Source: a virus
DNA: 64,000 bases
Virus record (IMG/VR): IMGVR_UViG_2778260932_000003
Coordinates: 9,788 to 73,787 of that record
Direction: 5' to 3' (one strand)
Below the pieces are notes generated by a model that searched no databases, was not told where the DNA came from, and saw only the letters and a list, made by a program, of their open reading frames with translations. The stretch's first letter is position 1. Each line of letters begins with the position of its first letter. Position numbers and translations under genes: made by a program. Below are positions 1 to 10,644 of this stretch, piece by piece.

Positions 1-1056
1 GAAGTTGGAGGAAATGATGGTAAAGCAGCCGCAGCAGGAGCTTTAGCTGCTTCTTTAGCAGCAGATAGTCTTAGAAATACGTTTGATGACTCTAGAGCCA
101 CTCAAATAGGAGGTAAGATTGTAGGAGCATTAGCTGGCGCAGCTATTACAGGAACTCCTGAAGGTGTTTATGCTGGAGCTAATGCTGGTGAATTAACTAT
201 AGTGCACAACCATGATGAACATGCCATGAACATGTTTGTAAAAGGTGAAAATGGTAGTATATTTCCTCCCGAAGGATCTCTCCAAGAAGCTATAGATTCT
301 TGTTTAATTGACGCAACTTTATGTAATTTTATAGTAGAATTTAGTCCTCTTTCAGTACTTAAAGATGTTAAAGATGCAGAAACAGGAACAGATTATATAA
401 TTGCAGCGGCATCAGCAGCCCCTTGGGCAAAATTAGGAAAAGCAGCTGATAAAAGCGTTGAAGCTATAAAAACTCTTGCTAAAAATGGTAAGTTTGCTGA
501 AGCTACTAGGATTTACAATGATTCTCTTAGAAGTATGGGTAAATTCTTTAAAGGGAATCATAGAGTTAATGATCTAAGTAAGCTTAAAGATATGAATTTA
601 GAGCCTAATATGCTTAGAGCGGGGACTAAAAAATATCTTAAAAGTGAATTCCAAAAACCTGATGCAGCTGTTAGTTATGCTGCAGCATCAGTAACAGTTA
701 ATGGTAAAAAAGAATATTACTTATCTGTAAATGGTGCAGCTTGGTCAGGCAATTCTCCCAATGTCGTAAATATTAATGGGGTTAATTTTAATGTGATTAG
801 AGAAGATAGTGGTTCTATACCATCAGCTCCTAATGGAAAGCAAACTAACTTTAATCACGCTGAACAAAAATTATTTAGTCATTTTCAAGATAATTTTCAA
901 GGTAAGAAAGTAGATATAAATATGTCTATTCAGAATACTAGTGCTACATCTCCAGGAATGTGTGCTGGCTGTAAACCTAATAGCAAAGTATTTGCAGATC
1001 AAAACAAAGATTTTATTATTAATATATTTGAGGGTACAATCGGTAGAAAACCCTAA
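1..1056 (+). CDS. 3' end of a CdiA/FhaB-like polymorphic toxin with a C-terminal Zn-dependent deaminase-fold toxin domain (partial, runs off the window start)
   Basis: Frame 1 is open from base 1 (EVGGNDGKAAAAGALAASL...GKIVGALAGAAITGTPEGVYAGANAGELTIVHN), a Gly/Ala-rich pre-toxin (VENN-like) segment. The C-terminus has HAEQK...SPGMCAGC, the HxE...PxxCxxC deaminase signature. Confidence 0.8.
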   Translation, partial: EVGGNDGKAAAAGALAASLAADSLRNTFDDSRATQIGGKIVGALAGAAITGTPEGVYAGANAGELTIVHNHDEHAMNMFVKGENGSIFPPEGSLQEAIDSCLIDATLCNFIVEFSPLSVLKDVKDAETGTDYIIAAASAAPWAKLGKAADKSVEAIKTLAKNGKFAEATRIYNDSLRSMGKFFKGNHRVNDLSKLKDMNLEPNMLRAGTKKYLKSEFQKPDAAVSYAAASVTVNGKKEYYLSVNGAAWSGNSPNVVNINGVNFNVIREDSGSIPSAPNGKQTNFNHAEQKLFSHFQDNFQGKKVDINMSIQNTSATSPGMCAGCKPNSKVFADQNKDFIINIFEGTIGRKP

Positions 1057-1072
1057 ATATCTAGTGATAAAT

Positions 1073-1110
1073 TCAATATAAAGACCTTAAATCAATATGA
1101 AGACCTTAAA
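1073..1110 (+). repeat. 19-bp tandem repeat TCAATAT(A/G)AAGACCTTAAA, 2 units
   Basis: Units at 1073-1091 and 1092-1110; the last unit contains the ATG at 1097. Confidence 0.9.
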
Positions 1111-1540
1111 TAGAGAAACTGTATCTGGAGTTAGTTTTTATACTATCAGAATGACATATGAAGAATTAGTTATTCTTAGGGACTGTTTACATGATATCTT
1201 ACTTAAATCTAAAGAAATTGAAGAGCAAAATCCTGATAAATTATCCTGGTATAAGTCTACTTTTTTAGAAATATCAGATTGTATACAATCTGAGGCTTTG
1301 AAGGATAAGAATTTAAAAACAAGGATAATTTTGAAAAAAGAACATTTAAACGCTGAAATATTCTATAGCCTTAAATTATCTTATGGAGAACTTGAGTTAA
1401 TTATATATTCTGTTATGAACTTAGAGCGGGATATCAATTATAAACCTTTTTATAGAAAGTTTTCTTTCAGTAAAAAATGTAATGCCAAATTATTGAATGA
1501 TTATTCTCACAAATTACAATCTTTATGGTTAGTAGATTAA
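1097..1540 (+). CDS. Putative immunity protein, unrecognised family ('ImmX'), directly downstream of the deaminase toxin
   Basis: Follows the toxin stop. Has an internal duplication (YTIRMTYEELVIL / YSLKLSYGELELI). Three paralogues at 7830, 9649 and 10791. Confidence 0.6.
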   Translation: MKTLNRETVSGVSFYTIRMTYEELVILRDCLHDILLKSKEIEEQNPDKLSWYKSTFLEISDCIQSEALKDKNLKTRIILKKEHLNAEIFYSLKLSYGELELIIYSVMNLERDINYKPFYRKFSFSKKCNAKLLNDYSHKLQSLWLVD

Positions 1541-1552
1541 TTGGAGCTATAA

Positions 1553-1804
1553 ATGACTAAAACAGAATTAATAGAATATCTACATTCTGCTTATCCCGAA
1601 TTGACTATAGATACTAACTATATTAAAGGTTATTCAGAAGAAGATATTCTAAAATTAGAGAGTCTTCGTGACTTCAAAATTCAAGGACAGTTACGTGAGT
1701 TTTTAACTTATATGGGGCGTTGCAGTGGTGGATTATTTGGAAGTCAACCTTTAAAATTCTATCCGGAAATCGTTAATCCCAAAGGTAAAGAGATATATCA
1801 TTAA
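1553..1804 (+). pseudogene. SUKH (SMI1/KNR4) family immunity protein, 3'-truncated
   Basis: GYSEEDILKLE..FKIQGQLREFLTYMGRCSGG is SUKH-like. About 90 aa shorter than the paralogue at 8288, and the sequence switches to TPS-gene DNA at 1801. Confidence 0.7.
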
Positions 1805-2168
1805 TGCTGACACTATTACAGCAATGGTAGGTCCAAACTCTTTCGGTATGAAAATTCCAGGATTACCTACCAGATTTGAAAATGAAACTCCTCAATCTGG
1901 GTTTTCTATAGATACTGGTAGCCTCGGGGGAATGTATGCTAATAAAAGCATAATACTTCTTAGTAACGAAAAAGATGCCGGCGTGAATATAAGGGATTTA
2001 TCAACTTCAAGGGGACAATTAACGGATGTTACTGTGCAATTAACGAAAGACTCTGGAGCCGTATATACTACTAACCAAAAACAAGATATAATTGTTGCAG
2101 CTAATAGATATTTTCATGAGGGTGTAGAATTAGTGCTTATTGATGGTGTTTGGCATCGAAAGCAATGA
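1801..2168 (+). pseudogene. 3' part of a small TPS-domain gene
   Basis: ttaatgctgacactattacagcaatggtagg matches 9477-9507. The protein closely matches the C-terminal ~115 aa of 11867..12823 (FENETPQ.GFSIDTG.LGGMYANKSIILLSNEK). Confidence 0.75.
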
Positions 2169-2204
2169 TTGAACAGATATTATGTCACTTAAAAAGAGAA
2201 TCTT

Positions 2205-3183
2205 ATGATTACTAAAAACATTAAAGATTTTACAAAAGTAACCTCAATTTCTATATTAGCTTTATTGATTTCTAATAATTTAGCTTTTGCAAATCCAGTT
2301 ATCCCTAATGATAATAGAACTCAAGTAAATATAGTTAATAATATACCCGTAATAGATATAGCTACTCCTAATATTTCAAGAGTATCTCATAACGTCTATA
2401 AAGAATTTAATACTTCTGAAAAAGGTTTAGTGTTCAATAATTCATTAAATGGTACTACATCTCAACTAGTAGGACAACTAAATAAAAGCCCTAATCTTAG
2501 AAATAGACCAGCCGGAATAATTGTTAACGAGGTAGTTGGAGGCAATCTATCTCAACTTAAAGGTATGATTGAAGTAGCTGGAGATTTTGCTAGTGTGGTG
2601 ATATCTAACCCTAGTGGTATTTCAATTAATGGACTTACTTTCAGTGATACTATTGGTGAAGCTAATTTTACCACTGGAACTATTACCTTTGATAAAAGAA
2701 AAAATTTAGAGGAGTCTAAAGTAACTAAAGGACATATTACTATTGGAGAAGATGGGATAAATACTAGAAATGTTAACTATCTTAATTTGTTTAGCAAAAC
2801 TATCAAGATAGATGGAGATATTGAAGGAGATTATGTTTCTGTTCATGCTGGCGGTGTTTTAACAGATATGAAAAACCTTACTTATACTTGGATTGAATCT
2901 GAAGGTCCTAAACCTGAATTCTCAATAGATACTAGTGACATGGGTGGAATATACGCTAATAGAATCGTAGTGATATCTACTGATAAAGGAACCAGAGTTA
3001 ATTTAAATGATTTAGATGGAAAAAAACCTGATTAAGATAAACGCCCCTTATAGTAGCACTGTAAATATTAATGGGGTTTTTAGAAATGATAATAACAATA
3101 TAACTATAAATGCTAATAACTTAAATGATAATGGAACAAAATTAAAATGGTCTGATGATAAAAATAGATGGGAGCCAATTTAA
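2205..3183 (+). CDS. Small stand-alone TPS (haemagglutination activity) domain protein with signal peptide; +1 frameshift in A7 at 3020-3026
   Basis: Signal peptide ending LAFA|NP. TPS motifs IDIATPN..VSHNVYKEFN, IIVNEVVG, ISNPSGI, FSIDTSDMGGIYAN. Removing one A extends the ORF to ...KLKWSDDKNRWEPI* at 3183. Confidence 0.7.
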
Positions 3184-3295
3184 TATTTACCAGTCTTAGT
3201 TAAAAAGTATAAGTAATTCTATTAATTGCAAGAGACTTATATGCTTTTCATAATTTCTTGCAATTTTTTTCTAAATGAACTAATGGCAGGAAATT

Positions 3296-5991
3296 ATGAA
3301 AAAACCCAATAATCCTGATAATGTTAATCAGTTTACAAAAGCTTTAACCTATCTTCTTATATATCTAATAGGTATTTATCCTATCAGCATCGTTGCTGCA
3401 AATCCAATTATCTCCAATGATAACAGAACTCAAATAAATGTAATTGATGATGTTCCTGTTATTGATATAGCTGCCCCTAATATTAGGGGGATCTCTCATA
3501 ACGTTTATAAAGAATTTAATGTCGAAGAGCAAGGTGCAGTTTTAAAATAACTCAATAGATACTGCATTATCTGAAATATTAGGAGATGTAGATAAAAACC
3601 CTAATTTTCAAGATAGATATGCAGATTTAATCATTAATGAAGTAGTCGGGGGTAATCAATCTCAGCTTAAAGGACCGTTAGAAGTAGCTGGCGATAGAGC
3701 TTCAGTGATAATATCTAACCCCAATGGTATTACTGTTAATGGCGGCGGCTTTCTTAATATGTCCGTTGCTACATTAACTACAGGTAAACCTACTTTAAAT
3801 AATGAAGGATTTTTAGATAACTTACGGATAACTAAAGGCCAAATTAATATTGAGAGTGATGGCTTAGATGGCAGTTTTGATTCTATATATTCTATAGATT
3901 CTATAGATATAATTAGTATAACTTTGAATTTAACTGGTAGGATAAATGGTCAAGGGAATAATATCAGTATAATTCAGGGTACTAACCAAATTAATTATGG
4001 AGGTTATAGTAACCAACGCAATATGAAACAGAGTCTGTAAAGCGAAATTGGTTAGGTGGAAAGAAAACTTTTAAGAAAATTCACCAAACTTCAACCCCAG
4101 TTGTTACAGAGTTTTCTGCTCCTACCGGTTATATCAATATTTTAGGTAGAGATGATGTTACTTTTGAAGGTAGTAAAATAGAAGCCGGCAAAAATACTAA
4201 TTTAACTAGTCTTCAAGGTAAAGTTAACTTCAAAGCTGTAAGTTCTTTAGATTTTGAACAAGAACTTAGTATGTCTAAAGGGTTTTACATTAAGCAAAGA
4301 AATAAAGGTTACCAAGAAAATATTTGGTATTTACCTCAAATTAATATTGGAGGAACACTTACTGTTAATGCTACCGGTATTAATGTTGATATAAAAACAA
4401 AGGATAATCAAAATCTTCAAGATGCCATTGACTTACTAAGCGATGGTTATGGTATGTCTTGGATAAAAGATATAAGCAAACGAAATGATGTTGAATGGAA
4501 TAAAATACAAGATGCTTATTCTGAATGGAACATTAACAATAAAAACTTAAATCCGGTTGTAGGGGCAGTAATAGCTGTAGTACTATAAAATCTATAGTTA
4601 CTTCAGCGGCTATTGGAGGTGCATTAGCTGGATTTGATTCTGCAATGGGTTGGGATAAAGGCAGTGCTGCAATAAGCAAAGAGAGTATGCCTATATTGAG
4701 TAGCAAAGATTGGATAGCTACTGCTCAAAGGATTGCCGGACATTCTTTAATTAGCTCTGGAATAAACACTACTATTAATGGGGGTAGTTTTAAAGATAAT
4801 TTCATGTCCACACTATTATCTAATTCAGTTAGTCAACTTCATGCTGAAGGCGCAAATCTTATAGGAAGAAATGGGGAGATTTTAGGGGACACTGGAAGAC
4901 TTCTAAGTCATGGAGTTTTATCAGCAATTACAGCTGAAATTGGCGGAGGAGACCCTCTGGCGGCTGCAGTAGGTTCAATGGCGGCTGAATATGCAGCAAT
5001 ATCTCTAAAAAATACTTTTCATAATGAACCTGAAAAATTAATAATGAGTGGTAAAGTTATAGGGGGTTTAGCTGGAGCATTAATTTCAGGAACAGCAGAG
5101 GGTGTCCATAGTGGAGCTGATGCAGCAGAATTAGCCATTATATATAATTCTTTAGGTGGAGATAAGATTAGACAACAGCTTGAAGAAGATAAAGAACTTA
5201 CAAAACAATTAGTTAGAGAAAAAAATTGGTGAAAACGCGGCTTCTGGATTAGTTAATGGCCTTTTAAGTAGTGTAACAGGATTAGGTGATTTTGCATTAG
5301 CTGGAGGAGATACTGTATTTGATGCCACAGCGGCTTTTGTAACTTGTGCATTGGGTATTAATTATTGTCAACAAGCTAGAGGTGATTTACATAAAGCAAA
5401 TGAAACCGTTAATACTATTTTTAATTCTATTGTCAATGGAGACTTGTGGGAAGATGTTAAATCTACAGTGGTAAAAGCCAATAATGGAGATCAACAAGCT
5501 TTAGAAGATGTAGCTACACTTATATTTGATACTGTATCTCCCTCTAAATTTTCTTCATTTAAAAATACAACTCCAATGAAAGTTAATGGAGTTGTTCGTA
5601 TAGTAATTACAGAACCTACCACTAATATGAAACCTAATATTGGTGGATATCAAACAGTAACAAATGAAGTATCAACACAAGTTCAAAACGCTAGAATACG
5701 TCAACATCAAATGTTGAATGATAATGTTGGATATAATATGAATCCTTTTGAATCTGATGCAAATTATCCTTCAATAGGGCGTTATGGTACTAATGAAAAA
5801 TTCATTAATGAATGGATTTAATATTCGTAAAATTGAAGATATACGTAGTAAGTCCCAGAAGCCCTACACCAGAAGCTGGTAACGAACATTTTCTTGGAGC
5901 TGGACAACATTTGCCCGGAGGAGCTCCTGAAATAGTAATAGATTCAGTACCAACATCAGCTAAACCTATTTTAAAGGTAAACGTAGAATGA
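3296..5991 (+). pseudogene. Internally deleted/frameshifted CdiA-like gene: signal peptide + TPS, DUF637-like region, VENN-like pre-toxin and a non-deaminase toxin C-terminus
   Basis: ORF pieces 3296-3550, 3705-4040, 4271-4588, 4645-5232 and 5351-5821. +1 A at 3544-3547 and 5219-5225 rejoin pieces. SSGINTTINGGSFKDNF resembles DUF637; GGLAGALISGTAEGVHSGADAAELAIIYN parallels the pre-toxin of ORF 1..1056. The last frame ends ...PGGAPEIVIDSVPTSAKPILKVNVE*. Confidence 0.7.
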
Positions 5992-6066
5992 GTATATATC
6001 CGAAAAATTCAATTATCGTTGATGATATGGAAACTACATTTAGTCTTATAATTACGAAAAAAGATA

Positions 6067-6447
6067 ATGAATTTAATTACTAGAATGGAAAACTTAGGTT
6101 TTTCTGTAGTTACTGATGAAGTAATAGACTACTACAACGATGCAGTAGAGAAAGATAAAACTTATGAATATTATAATTATGTAGATCGTTCAGCAAATTA
6201 CATGAAATTTAATATAGTGGGATACGGGCACGAAGACAAAGCAAAGGTAGCTAAAGAATTAATCAAAGAAGGAGCTCTTTTTTCGCGGGCTGGAAGAATT
6301 TGGCCTCCTGAAGAAGTTATGAGATATTATAGAGAACGGGGTTTGATTATGGAAAATTATAAGACTATTGCATGGTATAGTGGAAAATACTATATATATG
6401 ATGGTCATACTGAAAAATTATTAGAAGATTATAGTGGAAAACTATAA
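6067..6447 (+). CDS. Putative immunity protein for the toxin end at ~5640-5991
   Basis: Small, Tyr-rich ORF directly downstream of the toxin C-terminus; no family recognised. Confidence 0.5.
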   Translation: MNLITRMENLGFSVVTDEVIDYYNDAVEKDKTYEYYNYVDRSANYMKFNIVGYGHEDKAKVAKELIKEGALFSRAGRIWPPEEVMRYYRERGLIMENYKTIAWYSGKYYIYDGHTEKLLEDYSGKL

Positions 6448-6449
6448 AA

Positions 6450-6806
6450 GAATTTGCTAAAAAGATAAGTTTTCTGAAGCTACTAAGATTTACAATGCTT
6501 CTCTTAGAAGCATTGTAAATTCTTTAAAGTCAATTACAGAGTTAATAATTTAAGCAAACTTAAAGATGTAAATTTAGATTCAAACATGTTATGAGGAGAG
6601 GTTGATAACTATTTAGGTGCTTCTTATAAAGTAGGTAAACCAAATGTGAAACTTTATAGTATATCTGTAGCATCTGTAACAGTAGATGGTAAAAAAGAAT
6701 ATTACTTATATGTAAACTCAGGAGCTTGGTCAGGTATTTCTCCTATATTGAAGGGATTGATTATAAAGTGATTAGAAAAGATAGTGGCTTTATACCATCA
6801 GCCCCT
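6450..6806 (+). pseudogene. Decayed fragment of a deaminase toxin variant
   Basis: DNA resembles 478-830 (gaagctactaagatttacaatg, gcatctgtaacagtagatggtaaaaaagaatattactta, gatagtggctttataccatcagcccct) but has stops and indels. Confidence 0.75.
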
Positions 6807-6809
6807 AAT

Positions 6810-7770
6810 ATTGGAGGTAAAATTGTTGGGGCTTTAGCTGGAGCAGCTATTACAGGAACTCCTGAAGGTGTTTATGCTGGAGCTAATGCTGGTGAATTAA
6901 CTATAGTGTACAACCATGATGAACATGCCATGAACATGTTTGTAAAAGGTGAAAATGGTAGTATATTTCCTCCCGAAGGATCTCTCCAAGAAGCTATAGA
7001 TGCTTGTTTAATTGACGCAACTTTATGTAATTTATAGTAGAATTTAGTCCTCTTTCAGTACTTAAAGATGTTAAAGATGCAGAAACAGGAACAGATTATA
7101 TAATTGCAGCGGCATCAGCAGCCCCTTGGGCAAAATTAGGAAAAGCAGCTGATAAAAGCGTTGAAGCTATAAAAAACTCTTGCTAAAAATGGTAAGTTTG
7201 CTGAAGCTACTAGGGTTTACAATGATTCTCTTAGAAGTATGGGTAAATTCTTTAAAGGGAATCATAGAGTTAATGATCTAAGTAAGCTTAAAGATAAGAA
7301 TCTAGAGCCAAATATGCTTCGGGGAGAAATTGATGGATTTTTGAAGTCAAAATATAAAAAAGATGGGACAGATCCAAAATCTTATAGTATATCTGGAGCA
7401 TCAGTAACAGTTGACGGTAAAAAAGAATATTACTTATCTGTAATTGGAGATGCTTGGTCAGGTACTTCTCCAAATGTCGTAAATATTAATGGGGTTAATT
7501 TTAATGTGATTAGAGAAGATAGTGGTTCTATACCATCAGCTCCTAATGGAAAGCAAACTAACTTTAATCACGCTGAACAAAAATTATTTAGTCATTTTCA
7601 AGATAATTTTCAAGGTAAGAAAGTAGATATAAATATGTCTATTCAGAATACTAGTGCTACATCTCCAGGAATGTGTGCTGGCTGTAAACCTAATAGCAAA
7701 GTATTTGCAGATCAAAACAAAGATTTTATTATTAATATATTTGAGGGTACAATCGGTAGAAAAACCCTAA
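6810..7770 (+). pseudogene. Second pre-toxin + deaminase toxin cassette (orphan CT), frameshifted
   Basis: Copy B of the repeat. Indels versus copy A: -1 T at ~7031, +1 A at 7171-7176, +1 A at 7760-7764. Keeps HAEQK and PGMCAGC. Confidence 0.8.
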
Positions 7771-7786
7771 ATATCTAGTGATAAAT

Positions 7787-7843
7787 TCAATATAAAGACC
7801 TTAAATCAATATAAAGACCTTAAATCAATATGAAGACCTTAAA
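7787..7843 (+). repeat. 19-bp tandem repeat, 3 units
   Basis: Units at 7787-7805, 7806-7824 and 7825-7843; ATG at 7830. Confidence 0.9.
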
Positions 7844-8275
7844 TAGAGAAACTGTATCTGGAGTTTAGTTTTTTATACTATCAGAATGACATATGAAGAA
7901 TTAGTTATTCTTAGGGACTGTTTACATGATATCTTACTTAAATCTAAAGAAATTGAAGAGCAAAATCCTGATAAATTATCCTGGTATAAGTCTACTTTTT
8001 TAGAAATATCAGATTGTATACAATCTGAGGCTTTGAAGGATAAGAATTTAAAAACAAGGATAATTTTGAAAAAAGAACATTTAAACGCTGAAATATTCTA
8101 TAGCCTTAAATTATCTTATGGAGAACTTGAGTTAATTATATATTCTGTTATGAACTTAGAGCGGGATATCAATTATAAACCTTTTTATAGAAAGTTTTCT
8201 TTCAGTAAAAAATGTAATGCCAAATTATTGAATGATTATTTTCATAAATTACAATCTTTATGGTCAGTAGATTAA
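7830..8275 (+). pseudogene. ImmX copy 2, frameshifted by extra T(s) at ~7864-7874
   Basis: Near-identical to 1097..1540; gagtttagtttttt here versus gagttagttttt in copy A. Confidence 0.75.
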
Positions 8276-8287
8276 TTGGAGTTATAA

Positions 8288-8812
8288 ATGACTAAAACCG
8301 AATTAATAGAATATCTACATTCTGCTTACCCAGAGTTGACTATAGATATTACTTACATTAAGGGCTATTCAGAAGAAGATATAGTAAAATTAGAACGTTT
8401 ATATGATATTAAAATTCAAGGTCAATTACTTGATTTTTTAATTCACATGGGGCGTTGCAGTGGAGGTTTTTTTTCAAATCAACCTTTAAGTTTTTATAGT
8501 AAAACTGCTAATATCAGAGATGAGATAAAATTTCAAATAGGATGTGAAGATGGATTAAGAGAAGTTCAACGATTTGATTTGATAGAACAAAAACCTTTCT
8601 TTATTTCAATGGAAAACGAAGGGATTTTTCATTATTTCTTGTTAACTGATTCAGTTAACCCTGATTTAGTTTATTATCTTGATACTAACTATGACACAAT
8701 AGTAGATACTAGTTTAACTTTTAACGAATATTTAAGAAGTGTTGTAGATTCTAGCAGAAGTTACACTTATAAAATCCCACCTGATTATATGGGAGACTTA
8801 CTTAGAATATAA
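8288..8812 (+). CDS. SUKH (SMI1/KNR4) family immunity protein
   Basis: GYSEEDIVKLERLYDIKIQGQLLDFLIHMGRCSGG and KPFFISMENEG...YFLLT...PDLVYYLD; full length, 174 aa. Confidence 0.75.
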   Translation: MTKTELIEYLHSAYPELTIDITYIKGYSEEDIVKLERLYDIKIQGQLLDFLIHMGRCSGGFFSNQPLSFYSKTANIRDEIKFQIGCEDGLREVQRFDLIEQKPFFISMENEGIFHYFLLTDSVNPDLVYYLDTNYDTIVDTSLTFNEYLRSVVDSSRSYTYKIPPDYMGDLLRI

Positions 8813-8884
8813 CGGTTAAACATATTTCGTTATTGGATCTACTTTGAGTCAAATCAAAGTAGATCCACCTAAAAAGAGACTTTT

Positions 8885-9637
8885 ATGAAAAATATTAGAA
8901 TTTTTACAAAAATAACTTCAATTTCTATTTTATCTTTATTAGTTTCTACTAATCTAGCTTTCGCTAATGATATCATTCTTAATGATTCCAGTACTCAAGT
9001 TAACCAAGTTAATAATGTTCCAGTTATAGATATAGCTGCTCCGACTCTTAATGGTATGTCTAGGAATACTTATAAAGAATTTAACGTAGAAGAACAAGAA
9101 TTAGTTTTTAATAACTCCATAGATTCTGTTAATTCTCAACTAGTAGGTCAATTAAATAAAAATCCTAATTTAAGAGATAGACCAGCTATTCTAATCGTTA
9201 ATGAAGTAGTTGGAGGTAATCAATCCCAACTTAAAGGAGTTGTAGAGACAGTAGGCAATGCAGCTACATTAATAATAACTAATCCAAATAGCGTTTTTCT
9301 CGATGGAGCTAAATTTATCAGCAATGAAACTTTTATCAGCACAGGAAAACCTACTTTTAATAAAAAAGATTTACTTAGTTTAGATGTAACTAAAGGTAAA
9401 GTTACTATTGGAGAAAAAGGCTTAGATTCTGATAACCTTGTTGTTTTCAGTAGATCTCTTCAAGTAAATGGAAAAATTAATGCTGACACTATTACAGCAA
9501 TGGTAGGCCCAAACTCTTTCAGTATGAAAATTCCAGGAATGTGTACTGGTTGTAAAGATACTAGTGCAGTGTTTGCAAAACAGAATAAAGATTTTATTAT
9601 CAATGTATTCCATGGAACAACTGGAACAAGACCTTAA
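8885..9637 (+). CDS. Chimeric gene: signal peptide + TPS domain fused in frame to the last ~34 aa of a deaminase toxin
   Basis: Residues 1-~217 parallel 11867..12823. The tail PGMCTGCKDTSAVFAKQNKDFIINVFHGTTGTRP parallels PGMCAGCKPNSKVFADQNKDFIINIFEGTIGRKP of ORF 1..1056. Confidence 0.75.
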   Translation: MKNIRIFTKITSISILSLLVSTNLAFANDIILNDSSTQVNQVNNVPVIDIAAPTLNGMSRNTYKEFNVEEQELVFNNSIDSVNSQLVGQLNKNPNLRDRPAILIVNEVVGGNQSQLKGVVETVGNAATLIITNPNSVFLDGAKFISNETFISTGKPTFNKKDLLSLDVTKGKVTIGEKGLDSDNLVVFSRSLQVNGKINADTITAMVGPNSFSMKIPGMCTGCKDTSAVFAKQNKDFIINVFHGTTGTRP

Positions 9638-9648
9638 GAGTAATCCAT

Positions 9649-10644
9649 ATGAAACTTTTAAATAGAGAGACTATATCGGGAGTTGCATTTTTCTATATCA
9701 GAATGACACATGAAGAATTAACTTTTCTTAAAAACTGTTTACATGATATTTTACTTAAATCTAAACAAATCAAAGAAGACAATCCCAATAAGTTAATTTG
9801 GTACAAAGCTATTTTTTCAGAAATATCGAATTGTCTGGAGTCTAAGAATTTAAATATCGAGAGGTTAACAACAACTAAAATCGCAAAAGAGTACTTGGAT
9901 AATGAAATAGTCTTTGTTATTAAACTAACATCTGGAGAACATGATTTATTAGTGCATTGTATCAGTGAGTTAAAAAGCGAAGTTCGTAATAGACCTCTTT
10001 ACAGTAAATTGTTATTTTATAAAAAATCACTGTGTAATGATGTTGAAAACTTAAGTGATTATTTTCAAAAATTATTTTATTTTAGGGTAGAACCCTCTAG
10101 TTGGAAACCTCAAATGACCAAAACAGAATTAATAGAATATCTACATTCTTCTTATCCAGAATTAACAATCAATACTACTTATATACGAGGATATTCAGAA
10201 GAAGATATATTAAAATTAGAGCGATTATATAATATTAAAATTCAAAGACAACTATATGATTTTTTAACTCACATGGGACGTTGCAGTGGGGGATTATTTG
10301 GAGACTATCCTTTAGAATTTTATTCAAAAATTGATAGCTCTAAAGACGGACTTATATTTCAAAGTGAATGTCGAAAAAATCTAAAAGATTTGGTTGAAAT
10401 CCAAGGTGAAAGGATGGTAAAACAAAAACCTTTCTTTATTTCAATGGAAAATGAAGGAATTTACAAATATTTTTTAGTAACTGAGTCATATGTCCCCGAT
10501 TTAGTTTATTATCTTGATACTAATTATAATGCGATAGTAAATACCGGATTATCACTTAATGAGTATTTAAGAAAACTTGTTGATACTACCGTTAGAAATT
10601 ATGCAATTAAGCCTCCTTTTGATCAAGAGGGGAGTTTACTTTAG
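9649..10644 (+). CDS. Fused ImmX-SUKH immunity protein
   Basis: The N-half is a paralogue of 1097..1540. The internal MTKTELIEYLHS (ATG 10114) begins a SUKH domain. Confidence 0.75.
   Translation: MKLLNRETISGVAFFYIRMTHEELTFLKNCLHDILLKSKQIKEDNPNKLIWYKAIFSEISNCLESKNLNIERLTTTKIAKEYLDNEIVFVIKLTSGEHDLLVHCISELKSEVRNRPLYSKLLFYKKSLCNDVENLSDYFQKLFYFRVEPSSWKPQMTKTELIEYLHSSYPELTINTTYIRGYSEEDILKLERLYNIKIQRQLYDFLTHMGRCSGGLFGDYPLEFYSKIDSSKDGLIFQSECRKNLKDLVEIQGERMVKQKPFFISMENEGIYKYFLVTESYVPDLVYYLDTNYNAIVNTGLSLNEYLRKLVDTTVRNYAIKPPFDQEGSLL

Larger units (their letters stand above)
139..1600 (+). repeat. ~1.45 kb direct repeat, copy A (copy B at ~6843-8335)
   Basis: Near base-for-base identity from gcagctattacaggaactcctg through the start of the SUKH gene, except for a divergent block at ~616-760. 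End points approximate. Confidence 0.9.

Noticed and set aside
7787-7843. CRISPR array (19-bp repeats; also the three hairpins at 29.8-30.9 kb)
   Set aside because: The 19-bp units have no spacers, the hairpin spacings are gene-sized, and no cas genes are present.
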